Assembly: GCA_043228905.1 (NCBI GenBank)
Contig: JBHGNT010000072.1
Coordinates: 1 to 64,000 of the forward strand
Reading direction: 5' to 3'
From: Azolla caroliniana
Taxonomy: Eukaryota; Plantae; Polypodiophyta
Length of the DNA stretch: 64,000 bases
The stretch's first letter is position 1. Each line of letters starts with the position of its first letter. The notes under the pieces are model-generated. The model did no database searches and had not been told where the DNA came from. It worked only from the letters and a program-made list of their open reading frames with translations. This document shows, piece after piece, positions 13,920 through 25,284 of the stretch. A program made the translations under genes and the position numbers.

Positions 13920-14390
13920 ACACATGCATACATTAACTACATACATATACATCATTACATAGGCACATACATACATTACATACACACACCTACATATATA
14001 CAAACACAAAAATACACACACAGACATACATACACACGTACACACGTACATATGTGTATGCATGACTATGTAACACTACATACACACATACGTTGGGGCA
14101 TACGTATGTACCATGTACTAATTTACATGCTCAAGTACAGACAGATACACCTAATCAAGTACATGAATACACCTACACATGTTCATATATGCACACTCAT
14201 TCATAGACAAACACCAGGTATACATAGAAACATGCAATTGAGCGCGCGCACACACACACACATATGTATTTGTACATACATACAAATATGGATATACACA
14301 TCCACGCGTACATACCCATATATACATACATACATGATACATACATCCACACACAGTCGTACCCAGCACATACGTATATGCATACATACA
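13920..14390. repeat. Degenerate (CATA)/(CA)-rich low-complexity tract
   Basis: Directly visible; explains several spurious ORFs. Confidence 0.85.
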
Positions 14391-14608
14391 GCACCATGGC
14401 TACCATGAAATTGGAGTAAAGGTGAAATGCCAAGAATCTCTAGAGAAGAAGAAGGAAGAAGGAGAAAGATAGAGTAATACCTCAGGGTAACGAGCTGCAG
14501 GAGCAGGGGGGGCATGAGAAGACTCTGCAAGCGAGGTCTTGGGTTTTTCTTCACGTTGGGTAAGATAAGCCCATATGTTCTAAAACTCCATGTAGAGAAG
14601 AATACTCA

Positions 14609-14708
14609 ATGTATGTATGTACATATGTGTACATACATACATACAACTATATAATGTATGTATGTATGTATGTATGTATGTATGTATGTATGTATGTATG
14701 TATGTATG

Positions 14709-14742
<34 letters not shown>

Positions 14743-14990
14743 TGTGTGTGTGTGTATGTATGTATGTGTGTATGTATGTATGTATGTATGTATGTATGTA
14801 TGTATGTATGTATGTGTATGTATGTATGTATGTATGTGTGTGTATGTATGTATGTATGTATGTATGTATGTATGTATGTATTTATGTATGTGTGTGTATA
14901 TATTTATGTATGTATGTATGTGTGTATGTATGTATGTTTGTATGCCCGCATGTGTATGTATTTATATGTGTTTGTACATACATATGTGCA
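14609..14990. repeat. Long (TATG)n microsatellite with (TG)n interruptions
   Basis: Directly visible; gives the spurious MYVC ORFs in three frames. Confidence 0.95.
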
Positions 14991-16761
14991 AATCCTTTGA
15001 GATATTAGATCCATGAAACCTCAACAACTTGGATCAAATCTTACTGGGATAGCTATGAGCCACATGATCATTATTAAAGCTCAATCACATCCCAAGTAAA
15101 TTTTCTACCACACTGATGTGCACTAGGGATCGTTTTATTATGGCTGCACACCCAATGAACACAATTGTAATCATAACAAATAGGAGATTTTGTCGCCTAA
15201 AGCATAGTGTGAAAGCACAGTTTACACAACTAATATAAGAGACCTTGAACAATCTCGTTATTGCTAATAGATACAAGGTTACCTTGGTCAAATTCATAAA
15301 CATGAAGGTGTCGAGTTAATTGAATCTTGTTTCATGCAACAATAAGGGTTTGGGCTCAAGTTTCAACCCTCAAGCAACTACTTTCACGTTCTATTCATGA
15401 TAAAGAGTCCTCATAATTTTAGCACACACTAACAATTTGCCTTCTTAAAAATGTAGTTTACAAATTGACAATGATCTTTATCATTTTCGTTCATTTTCCC
15501 TTGAGCATTGGTAGTGCATTAGAAGTGAAAAGGAATAAATACATGTTGTCTTAAACAGATTCTTCTTTCTTTTCAGAATCTCCACAGATGACTTAGGTGC
15601 AAAACATGATGAGGTTATAACAATGCATGGCATGTATGAGGTGCAAAATGCTAGGTAATAATAACGCAGTAATAACTAATTATGGAGTGTATCGGTCTTG
15701 GAATCTTAGTCAAATGACTCGATGCAAAAGTGTTTTGACATTTACACCATAACTTGAGGCATAATAGCATGCTCCCCATATCCATGTGAGAATCTTCGAC
15801 AAATACTTAGCATGGATAGTGAGGAAATAATACACTAGACATTGAGGTACAAACAATCATATCTATCCACTATTTTCGTTTTTCCAAATCATGAACAAAT
15901 GCTGGATACAAAAAGAAAAGCATGCAATCCTTTGGAATTAATTACCTTTCACTGATGAGTTTTCATGATATCGATATATTGTAATATGTGATGTTCAATG
16001 TTTTTTTTTTACTTTAGGCAATATTTGAAGCTTCGGATGAGGTTTCATGATATCTATATATTGTAATATATTGTATGTAGGTCTGGGTTTTCACCTAATG
16101 ATGAAATATGAGGTAATATCATATTTCACCTCATTTCTGTAATATCATATTTCTGATTGGAAAACTCAATATGAGATGAAAATCCACAAATTTTTACATT
16201 ACAAAATGACCAGCAGATTTATCGCTATTATTTTTCTTAAGACTAGAAATGTTCATCCATACATTCACGTATATATGCACATGTATACTTATTACATATA
16301 TATATATATATAGGTCGTATGTGTAAATGTATGTATATGTGTGCATGGTACATGCATACATACCTATATGCAAGTTTGGGCATAGTAAATAACACATGCA
16401 TGTATGTGTGCACACAATACATCGATTCCAACTATCATGAGTATGAAATCATCCGAGGTTTACTCTCACTCCTGATTTACAGGAATAAAAACACTCATAA
16501 ATACATTACAAAGTACATCATACATGCATGTATACATATATGTATGCATATATGTAAATGGTACACACGCCCACCTATACACGCAAAATGTACCACAGTT
16601 TATTACTCACTCTCAAAGCATCCCTCTCCTTGCAGTTCAGCTGCTAAATATACACTTTCCATGCAAACATATGCCGAAGCGCACTTTTCATCCAGTCATA
16701 TCGATTGATTGAATGCCCATCTTCCAAATCTTACATTTGTCCATTTTCTACAAGTGTCAAC

Positions 16762-17045
16762 TGTTACACTTGCGTGTTCCTCTAGTAGCTTTGATGTGAA
16801 CCATTTTCCCTATACATGGGCACTTTTTACTCTAGTGCTGGCTAGAGGTTTTTTCCCCATGTTACCACATACATGAGTCACTCATATGTGGTGGTACTTA
16901 GTACTTAGGGATATATATTTCAGCTCCTAATTTTTTTAAGAATCATTCATCAATAGAGAGCTATTCCAGCCATTGCCTTCCTCGTGTGAGTGCTTCTTTC
17001 TTTGAGCTTCTTGTGTGTTTCCCACTCTTTCTCACATACCCAACA
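16762..17045 (+). repeat. 5' LTR of the copia element
   Basis: tgttacac...cccaaca, followed by the PBS. Confidence 0.97.
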
Positions 17046-17332
17046 GTGGTATCAGAGCCAAGTTCTTCATCCTCTCCATCTTCGGTTGTCCGCATCGCGG
17101 TGTCGCGGCGCGCGCGCACTTTTCATTGTGCAAAATCAACTTCCGAATATAGAGAAGTGTATTTCAGCACTTGGAGCGCATTTTCAGCAGGTACCCTGCT
17201 GTTTTACCCCCATTTCGAAGCCGTTCGTGTAGTCGAAATCGTCATCCGAGTGATAGTTTGTGAGCTGCATTTTCAGCACTCATTTCCGATTTGTTGAGGT
17301 AATATTTTACCACTTTCTTGTTCTTTGGTAAA

Positions 17333-20300
17333 ATGGCAAACAATGGTGATTTGTTTGGCATGCTTCAAGCTGAAGATAAGCTTGATGGGACAAACTATCC
17401 AATGTGGTCCTACATGATGAAACACGTTCTTGTTGCCAAACAACTATGGAACATAGTGGTAGATGTAGATCGACGCCCCGCCGGTCCTACTACTTCACAG
17501 TCTACTATCACAGATACAGGTTCATCTTCGAGCACAGTGACTTCATCTACTCCACCAACACAAGAGCAACTTAGATGGGATGGAAAAGATGCTCAAGCTC
17601 ATGCATTGATTGCACTTTCTGTGAAGCGTCATATAGTTCCACATATTCGGTCATGCTCTACGTCCAAACAAGCATGGGACACTCTTGCTTCGTTGTATGC
17701 CGTGCGTAACGAAGCACGTGTTGCATATTTGAGAAAGCAACTTGAGGATGTATATATGGCTGAAAATGAGTCGGTAGATGTGTATGTGACACGCATTAAA
17801 GATTTGAAAGAGCAATTGGCAAACATTGATGAGATCATTTCGAATACATCACTTGTCTCTACGTTGTTGAAAGGATTACCCGAATCTTTTCAAAGCTTTG
17901 CTACTACTATTCGTTTGGTTGCAAAAGGGAATACGGATATGTACGCATTTGATGAGGTTGTGTCTCTTCTTTTGCAAGAAGAACAATCTAGAGTGAATAG
18001 AAGTGGTTTGATAGAGGGAACACAAGCACTTGCTATCTCACAAAAAGGAAAAGGCAAGCATGGTTCAGCTTTTGGTTCTTCAAAACCAAAGCCTCAACCT
18101 CCCTCTTTCACTTATTCCTCTAATGATGGTGATTTGCAAAAGAAGAAAAGATGCAAATATTGTCGAAAGGTTGGCCATACGATTGAAGAATGTAGAAAGC
18201 TTGTTAAGCGCAATGAGAAGAAGAAGGAATCCGGCATGACCATTTCTGAAAATGTTTCAAGTGCAAAGAGTGATGAGGCCAACATGGCTCAAGATTATTG
18301 GGCATGTGTTGTTACATATCATTATGATGCATCATTGCACTCTAAATGTATGGTTGTAAGTGAGATTGATTCGGATTGGTTCTTTGATAGTGGTGCTTCA
18401 AAGCACATTACTTCATGCAAAAGCTTTTTTGCATCCTTGAAAGATGCACCCAAAGGTGGACATGTGGTGTTTGCAAACAATGCCTCTTATCCTATCATTG
18501 GAGTAGGAGAAATTGAGCTTTCGGCTGCAAATGGAGGTGTTGTCATCTTAAAGAATGTATTGTATGTGCCCGGTATCAAGAAGAACTTAATTTCGGTTCC
18601 TTTGATTGCCAAAGCCGGACTTCATGTACATTTTGTTGATGATAAGTGCATGGTTCACGATTATAGCAATGGTGATGTTATCGTGATGTTCGGTACATTA
18701 TGCAATGGCTTGTACCGTTTAGATACATACAAGAGGGCTTCTCTAAATGCCTTGGCTGTACATACTTCTTCCATGGCTGAAATGGAGCTTTGGCATGCTC
18801 GTTTTGGTCACTTGAACTTCAATAGTTTGCTTCACTTGCAAAAGAAGGATATGGTTATTGGGTTGCCTACACTTGAGTCCATTGAAAAATATGCATGTGA
18901 AGGTTGCATTCTTGGAAAAATGCATCGTGCTTCTTTTCCAAAAGATAGTCATACACACACTACAAGAAAATTACAACTTGTTCATAGTGATGTGTGTGGT
19001 CCTGTAAAGACTCCATCTTTTGGAAAGCGTGTATATTTTGTTACCTTCATTGATGATGCTACTCGTCATACATGGGTGTATCCTATGAAAGCAAAGAATG
19101 AAGTCTTTTCTTGCTTCAAATCATTTTTAGCTATGGCTGAAAATTTTTCCGCAAATAAGCTCTTGACTCTACGCACGGATCGTGGTGGCGAATATATGTC
19201 ACATGAGTTTAATGCTTTTCTTTGTGAAAGAGGTATTTTACATCAATGTACGGTGCCATATACACCTCAACAAAATGGTGTTGCAGAACGCAAAAATAGA
19301 ACACTCTTAGAGATGGCACGATGTATGGTTAAAGGAAAGCATCTTCCTAACAAGTTTTGGATGGAAGCGGTTATGTGTGCAAATTATGTGTTGAATCGTT
19401 GCCCTACAAAAGCGTTGAGAGTCATTACGCCATATGAGGCTTGGAATGGACATAAACCTATGGTTAGTCATATGCGTGTGTTCGGTTGTTTGGCATATGC
19501 TCTTGTGCCATCACAACAACGTCACAAACTTGATGACAAGGCAAAGAAATGCATATTTGTTGGTTATAGTGCGGAAAGTAAGGGATATCGTTTGTATCAT
19601 CCATTGACGGACACAATTATTGTGAGTCGAGATGTGGTATTTGCTGAAAATTCAGCTTTCCCTTTTCTTGAATGCAAAAAACAACCAACAGTTAGCTCAC
19701 AAGATGTGTTTGATACACTCATGCCTTTGTTCCAAAGTGCTGCGCTTGACCATGGACATGTAGACCAGCCAAGTGAGTCTCAAAGGGATAAAAATTTCCA
19801 GCAAATAAGTGTTGAAAATGCACGAAATGTCCATCCAAATGTGGCTGAAAATGAGCATGAAATTCAGCCCACGCATGATGTACATATTGAAGATGTATTA
19901 CATAATGAACGTATGGCTATCGAGAGGTCACAAACTATGCCGAGGTGGCTGAAACAAACTTTGCAAGATAGCAAATTGAGTGCACCTTTACTTGGTAAAA
20001 CAAGATCAAGCTCTCGCCATGCATCAGGTAATTTTGTGGATTATTCTATTGTTGCAATAGCATGTAATGAGGAGCCACTTACTTTTGAAGATGCATGTGA
20101 TGATCCACATTGGATGAGTGCTATGCAATCAGAAATGGATTCCATTCATAAAAATGGTACTTGGGAGTTATGTGAATTGCCAAAAGGAAAGAATGTGATT
20201 GGTACTAGGTGGGTTTACAAGATTAAACGAAAGCCCGATGGTAGTATTGATCGCTACAAAGCTAGATTGGTTGCCAAAGGATATGCCCAACAATATGGCA

Positions 20301-21604
20301 TTGATTATGAGGAAACTTTTGCACCTACTTCACGCATGACTACCATTCGTACCGTGGTTGCATTGGCTGCCCAAAGAGGTTGGAAAATGCATCAATTGGA
20401 CATAAAAACAGCCTTTTTAAATGGTGATTTGCAAGAAGAGGTTTATGTGAAGCAACCTCCTGGATTTGCTACGAAAGAGAAAGAGCATATGGTTTGTCGC
20501 TTGCATAAGGCCTTGTATGGTCTCAAGCAAGCTCCGCGTGCATGGTATGAAAAAATCCATAAGCACTTGATTTCTCTTGGCTTCACATGTAGTCCGATTG
20601 AAAGCACACTTTATGTACGCAAAGATGGGGCTGATCTTCTAGTGCTCGTTCTTTATGTTGATGACATACTCTTGACTGGGTCATGTGATGCAAAACTCGA
20701 TTTTCTTATGGCTGATTTGCAGCATACTTTTGAAGTCACTTATCTTGGTCTTTTGAGCTACTATCTTGGCATCCAGTTTGTATCCGTTGAGGGGGGAATG
20801 TTTATGCATCAAGGAAAGTATGTTGAAAAACTACTTCAGCGTTTTGACTTTGAGGATTGCAAGCCGGTTTATACACCTGTGGAGACAGGATTTAGGTTCT
20901 CTGTTGAGGATTCTAGTGATGCGTTTGATACTTCTCTTTATCAACAAGCTGTGGGATGTCTTATATATACATGCAATACAAGGCCGGATATACAGTATGC
21001 AGTCTCCCAATTGAGTCGATTCATGCATAGCCCTGGCACTAAGCATTGGCAAGCAGTGAAACGTGTGTTCAGATATCTTAGAGGCACTTTGAGCTTGGGT
21101 CTCTTTTATGGCAGAGATACTCAGCCATGCTTGCATGCTTTTACAGATAGTGATTGGGCTGGTTGTTATGATACTCGCGTGTCCACTAGTGGTAATTGCT
21201 TTTTCTTTGGAAACTCATGTATATCTTGGTTGAGTAAAAAGCAACCTACAGTGGCGACATCAAGTTGTGAAGCTGAGTACAGGGCAGTTTTCACAGCTAC
21301 AGTGGAGTGTATATGGCTAAGACGCCTTTTGATGGATCTTTGCATGGAGATTGAAGTTGCTACACGTATTCTCACAGATAGTCAGAGTGCATTGGCTGTT
21401 GCACGAAATCCTGTATTTCATGCACGGACCAAACACATTGAGGTGCATTATCACTATGTGAGAGAGCGCTTTCATGCAGGAGATATTGATTTCGTATATG
21501 TGCCTACACAAGATAACGTGGCAGACATATTCACCAAAGCTCTTCCACGAGAAAAGTTTGAAGCTTTTCGCAAAGCTTTAGGCTTATTGCCTTGTGGGGG
21601 CTGA
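17333..21604 (+). CDS. Copia Gag-Pol polyprotein (gag, zinc knuckle, protease, integrase, RT, RNase H)
   Basis: First ATG at 17333. Motifs in copia order, with no stops: CKYCRKVGHTIEEC, WFFDSGAS, HARFGH...CEGC, HSDVCG/RTDRGGEY/NGVAER, LYVDDI, TDSDWAG...HARTKHIEVHYH. Confidence 0.97.
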   Translation: MANNGDLFGMLQAEDKLDGTNYPMWSYMMKHVLVAKQLWNIVVDVDRRPAGPTTSQSTITDTGSSSSTVTSSTPPTQEQLRWDGKDAQAHALIALSVKRHIVPHIRSCSTSKQAWDTLASLYAVRNEARVAYLRKQLEDVYMAENESVDVYVTRIKDLKEQLANIDEIISNTSLVSTLLKGLPESFQSFATTIRLVAKGNTDMYAFDEVVSLLLQEEQSRVNRSGLIEGTQALAISQKGKGKHGSAFGSSKPKPQPPSFTYSSNDGDLQKKKRCKYCRKVGHTIEECRKLVKRNEKKKESGMTISENVSSAKSDEANMAQDYWACVVTYHYDASLHSKCMVVSEIDSDWFFDSGASKHITSCKSFFASLKDAPKGGHVVFANNASYPIIGVGEIELSAANGGVVILKNVLYVPGIKKNLISVPLIAKAGLHVHFVDDKCMVHDYSNGDVIVMFGTLCNGLYRLDTYKRASLNALAVHTSSMAEMELWHARFGHLNFNSLLHLQKKDMVIGLPTLESIEKYACEGCILGKMHRASFPKDSHTHTTRKLQLVHSDVCGPVKTPSFGKRVYFVTFIDDATRHTWVYPMKAKNEVFSCFKSFLAMAENFSANKLLTLRTDRGGEYMSHEFNAFLCERGILHQCTVPYTPQQNGVAERKNRTLLEMARCMVKGKHLPNKFWMEAVMCANYVLNRCPTKALRVITPYEAWNGHKPMVSHMRVFGCLAYALVPSQQRHKLDDKAKKCIFVGYSAESKGYRLYHPLTDTIIVSRDVVFAENSAFPFLECKKQPTVSSQDVFDTLMPLFQSAALDHGHVDQPSESQRDKNFQQISVENARNVHPNVAENEHEIQPTHDVHIEDVLHNERMAIERSQTMPRWLKQTLQDSKLSAPLLGKTRSSSRHASGNFVDYSIVAIACNEEPLTFEDACDDPHWMSAMQSEMDSIHKNGTWELCELPKGKNVIGTRWVYKIKRKPDGSIDRYKARLVAKGYAQQYGIDYEETFAPTSRMTTIRTVVALAAQRGWKMHQLDIKTAFLNGDLQEEVYVKQPPGFATKEKEHMVCRLHKALYGLKQAPRAWYEKIHKHLISLGFTCSPIESTLYVRKDGADLLVLVLYVDDILLTGSCDAKLDFLMADLQHTFEVTYLGLLSYYLGIQFVSVEGGMFMHQGKYVEKLLQRFDFEDCKPVYTPVETGFRFSVEDSSDAFDTSLYQQAVGCLIYTCNTRPDIQYAVSQLSRFMHSPGTKHWQAVKRVFRYLRGTLSLGLFYGRDTQPCLHAFTDSDWAGCYDTRVSTSGNCFFFGNSCISWLSKKQPTVATSSCEAEYRAVFTATVECIWLRRLLMDLCMEIEVATRILTDSQSALAVARNPVFHARTKHIEVHYHYVRERFHAGDIDFVYVPTQDNVADIFTKALPREKFEAFRKALGLLPCGG

Positions 21605-21650
21605 TCTGTCACTCCTTGTACATGTTCACATCATTCGCTCCAGGGGGGTT

Positions 21651-21934
21651 TGTTACACTTGCGTGTTCCTCTAGTAGCTTTGATGTGAACCATTTTCCCT
21701 ATACATGGGCACTTTTTACTCTAGTGCTGGCTAGAGGTTTTTTCCCCATGTTACCACATACATGAGTCACTCATATGTGGTGGTACTTAGTACTTAGGGA
21801 TATATATTTCAGCTCCTAATTTTTTTAAGAATCATTCATCAATAGAGAGCTATTCCAGCCATTGCCTTCCTCGTGTGAGTGCTTCTTTCTTTGAGCTTCT
21901 TGTGTGTTTCCCACTCTTTCTCACATACCCAACA
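21651..21934 (+). repeat. 3' LTR of the copia element
   Basis: Same sequence as the 5' LTR, followed by TSD TCAAC. Confidence 0.97.
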
Positions 21935-21939
21935 TCAAC

Positions 21940-22519
21940 CACCCAATATAGTCATATATAGTGGAACATAGTCATTGTACAATACCCTCTCTTTGCATTT
22001 CAGCTGCTAAATATATACTTTCCATGCAAACATATGCCGAAGCGCACTTCTCATCCAGTCGTATGGATTGATCGAATGTCCATCTTCTAAGTCTCACATT
22101 TGTCCATTTTCTACAAGCACCCAATATAGCCATATATAGCGGATGATGGTCATTGTACAATACCCTCTCCTTGCATTTCAGCTGCTAAATATATACTTTC
22201 CATGCAAACATATGCCAAAGCGCACTTTTCATCCAGTCGTATTGACTGATCAAATGCCCATCTTCCAAGTCTCACATTTGTCCATTTTCGACAAGCACCC
22301 AATATAGTCATATATAGTGGATGATGGTCATTGTACAATACCCTCTCCTTGCATTTCAGCTGCTAAATATATACTTTCCATGCACACATATGCCGAAGCG
22401 CACTTGTCATCCAGTCGTATTGATTCTTCGAATGCCCATCTTCCAAGTCTCACATTTGTCCATTTTCTACAAGCACCCAATATAGTCATATATAGTGGAA
22501 GATGGTCATTGTACAATAC
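21940..22519 (-). repeat. 178-bp tandem array of the PPR 3' end (E1/E2 coding segment); the fourth copy continues at ~16600-16756 beyond the copia element
   Basis: Junction stops at 22328, 22150 and 21972 are spaced exactly 178 bp. The ORF track shows near-identical LYM(T/A)ILGACRKWTNVRL..AAEMQ peptides, and the same sequence recurs at 16621-16754. Confidence 0.93.
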
Positions 22520-25249
22520 TGCTGTGTCAAGCAGTGCTTTCACCTTGTCAAAATGTCCAGCACGACCAAATAAATTGATCATACAACTATAATGTATTAG
22601 TGTTGGGGTAAGGCAATAGACATCAGACATTTCATTGAACAAAATTTCCCCCTCATCCAATAGGCCAGCATGACTACAAACCGTGAGCAAAAGAACAAAA
22701 GTGGCCAAATTGGGCACAATGCCTTCTGTCATCCTCATCATTCTATACAAATTTAACACTACATTAGCTTGACCTAGCTGGGTATATCCACCAATAAGGG
22801 CATTCCACGATCCAGAATCACGCACTGGAAGCTGATCAAATACTTCTCTTGCTTTGTCTGATGCACCATATTTAGAATACATCTGCACCAATGTATTGCC
22901 TAGCACTATATCTTTCTCCAATAATCTTTGAGACCTAACCTCTGTATCTATATCTTGGCCGACCTCTAGGGGCCCTAGAGTGCTACAGGCTTTTAAAATG
23001 GAGATATAAGTTGCCGAATTCGGACAAATCCCTTCATCTTTCATTTGTCTAAAGCGTTGAAATGCTTCATCACCAAGTCCATGTTGTGCATATCCAGAAA
23101 TTAGAGCATTCCATGACACAATATCTGGAACTGGAAGTTGTTCAAATACTTCTTGTGCTTTCTGGATCATGCCGCATTTCAAATACATGTCCACCAATGA
23201 ATTTCCAACCACAACATCTGTGTGTAACAACCCTTGCTTTCTAACCTCTACATCTATGTCTTCCCCAATATCTAGTGATCCTAGAATGCCACAAACTTTC
23301 AAAACACAAATGTAAGTCACTGCATTTGGAGAGATTCCCTTATCTTGCATCTGTCTGAAGCATTTCAATGCTTCATCAGCAAGCCCATGTTGAACATATC
23401 CAGTGATGAGGGCATTCAAAGCTACAACATTAGAGTTCGGAATTTCCTCAAATACTTCTCGTGCTTTCTCCAATGCACCACACTTCGCATACATGTCCAC
23501 CAAGGAAGTACCAAGCACAATGTCTTTCTCCAATAATCCTTGCTTTCTGACTGCAGCACCTATATTATCCCCAATCTCTAGAGATCCAACAATGGCACAA
23601 GCTTTCAAAATGCAGATGTAAGTTACTTCATCCGGACGAATGCCCTCATCTTGCATTTGTTGGAAAAACATCAATGCTTCATTCCCGAGTCCATGGTCAA
23701 CATATCCAGAAATCAAGGCATTCCACACCACAACGTCCCTCAACTGTAATTGTTCAAAAACTTCTGTTGCTTTCTCTAGCGCACCACACTTTGAATACAT
23801 ATCCACCAGTATGGTCCCGAGCACGATGTCTTTATGCAATAACCCTTGCTTTCTTATCTTAACATATATATCTTCCCCAATCTCTAGACAACCTACAATA
23901 CTGCAAGCTTGCAAAACGGATGCATAAGTTACTGCATCTGGATAGATTCCTTCATCTTGCATTTGTCTGAAGCATTGAAGGGCTTCATCACCAAAGCCAT
24001 GTTGAGCATATCCAGCAATGAGAGAATTCCACGACACGATATTGCGGACTAGAAGCTGATCAAATACGTCTCGTGCTTTGTCCAAAACACCACACTTGGA
24101 ATACATGTCCACCAAAGCAGTGCCAAGCACGACATCTTTCCTCAACAACCCTAGCTTTCTCACCTCATTATCTATATCTTTACCAAACTCTAGGGATTTG
24201 ATCACACCACAAGCTTTCAAAATGCATATATAGGTTACTGAATTTGGAAAAATTCCCGCATCTTTCATATGTTTGAAGCATTTCAATGCATCTTCACCAA
24301 ATCCATATTGGACATATCCAGTGATGAGGGCATTCCAAGACACGACATCCTTTATTGGAAGTTCTTCGAACACTTGCCGTGCTTTCTCAAGTGCACCGCA
24401 CTTGGAATACATCCCCACTAATGTATTTCCTATTTCAACGTCTTTTTGCAATAGGCCTTGCTTTCTCACCTCGACATGTATAAATTCCCCCATCTCTAGA
24501 GACCAGGATATACCACAACCTTTCAAAATGGAGATATAAGTTACTCTATCAGGACAAATTCCTCCCAAATCACGCATTTGTTTCAAGCAATTTAACACTT
24601 CATTACCAAGTCCCTTTTGGGCATATCCAAAAATAAGAGCATTCCAAGTCACTATATCTGGTTTAGGGATTTGCTCGAACACTTCTCTTGCTTTTTCAAG
24701 AGCACCACATTTGGCATAAGTTGTGATCAAGGAAGTGGCAATATAAACATCTTTTACAAACAACTCTTTCTCGAGAATGTAAGCATGTATCCGTCTTGCC
24801 TTGCATAAATCCTTGTCTCTACCACATGTCTTTATTGAATTCAGAAGGCGGATTCGATAGCGAGACTGAACTTTGTCAACAACCACATTCTCTTTCTTTG
24901 AAAGATAAACCAATTTGATTTTTTTAAACTCATGTTTGACCCAAGGTGGGGTATGCAATCCATCTATACATAGAATCTCCCCGCTTTCCTTATGCCTGAA
25001 TTCTGCAGATTTAGGGTTTCTCTGTGTATACAGAAAGCATTAAAGGTGAAATGGGCAAGGACCCAAATCAGGTAATAAGGCAAGAAAGTTGTAATGCTTA
25101 CCACGGACTGTTTTCGCCCAAACCAGAATTGTGAGGAATCCTTGAAGAGCTCTGCCCATAGCAAATTGGCCTCTTGGGGGGGCATGGTATTTAGGGTGTT
25201 TTCGCCCATTGCCATTCAACCTCTTTGAAAAACCAAGACTGAGTTTCAT
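22328..25249 (-). CDS. PLS-class pentatricopeptide repeat protein (~23 P/L/S motifs + E1 + partial E2, no DYW)
   Basis: Main exon 24963-22328 holds regular L-S-P triplets (SWNALIxGY, TYICILKAC, LVDMYxKCG), then P2-L2-S2 (CSHAGLLDEG, HYSCMINLFGRAG) and E1 (ILGACRKW). A likely first exon at 25249-25102 (G|gtaagc ... tatag|AT) joins in frame and adds a basic targeting-peptide-like N-terminus. The 5' end is less certain than the body. Confidence 0.9.
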
Positions 25250-25284
25250 ACCTTTACTTGGAGGTGAAGATGAAGATGAAGTAT

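Larger units (their letters stand above)
16762..21934 (+). mobile_element. Full-length Ty1/copia LTR retrotransposon (5173 bp)
   Basis: TG...CA LTRs at 16762-17045 and 21651-21934 (284 bp, no difference found by eye). TSD TCAAC at 16757-16761 and 21935-21939. PBS TGGTATCAGAGCCA (tRNA-iMet) at 17047-17060. G-rich PPT at ~21642-21648. Single intact gag-pol ORF. Confidence 0.98.

Noticed and set aside
14481-14517. MPPLLLQLVTLR as a coding first exon of PAC
   Set aside because: Splicing to the available acceptors before 13843 is out of frame with PAC; at most a 5' UTR exon or uORF.
14052-15016. Multiple 78-135-aa ORFs (MYVC/HTYI-rich)
   Set aside because: Translations of TATG/CATA microsatellites, open in several frames only because the repeats lack stops.
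21972-22338. Two 62-aa ORFs as separate small PPR genes
   Set aside because: They are copies 2 and 3 of the 178-bp array, begin at TTG and have no independent gene structure.
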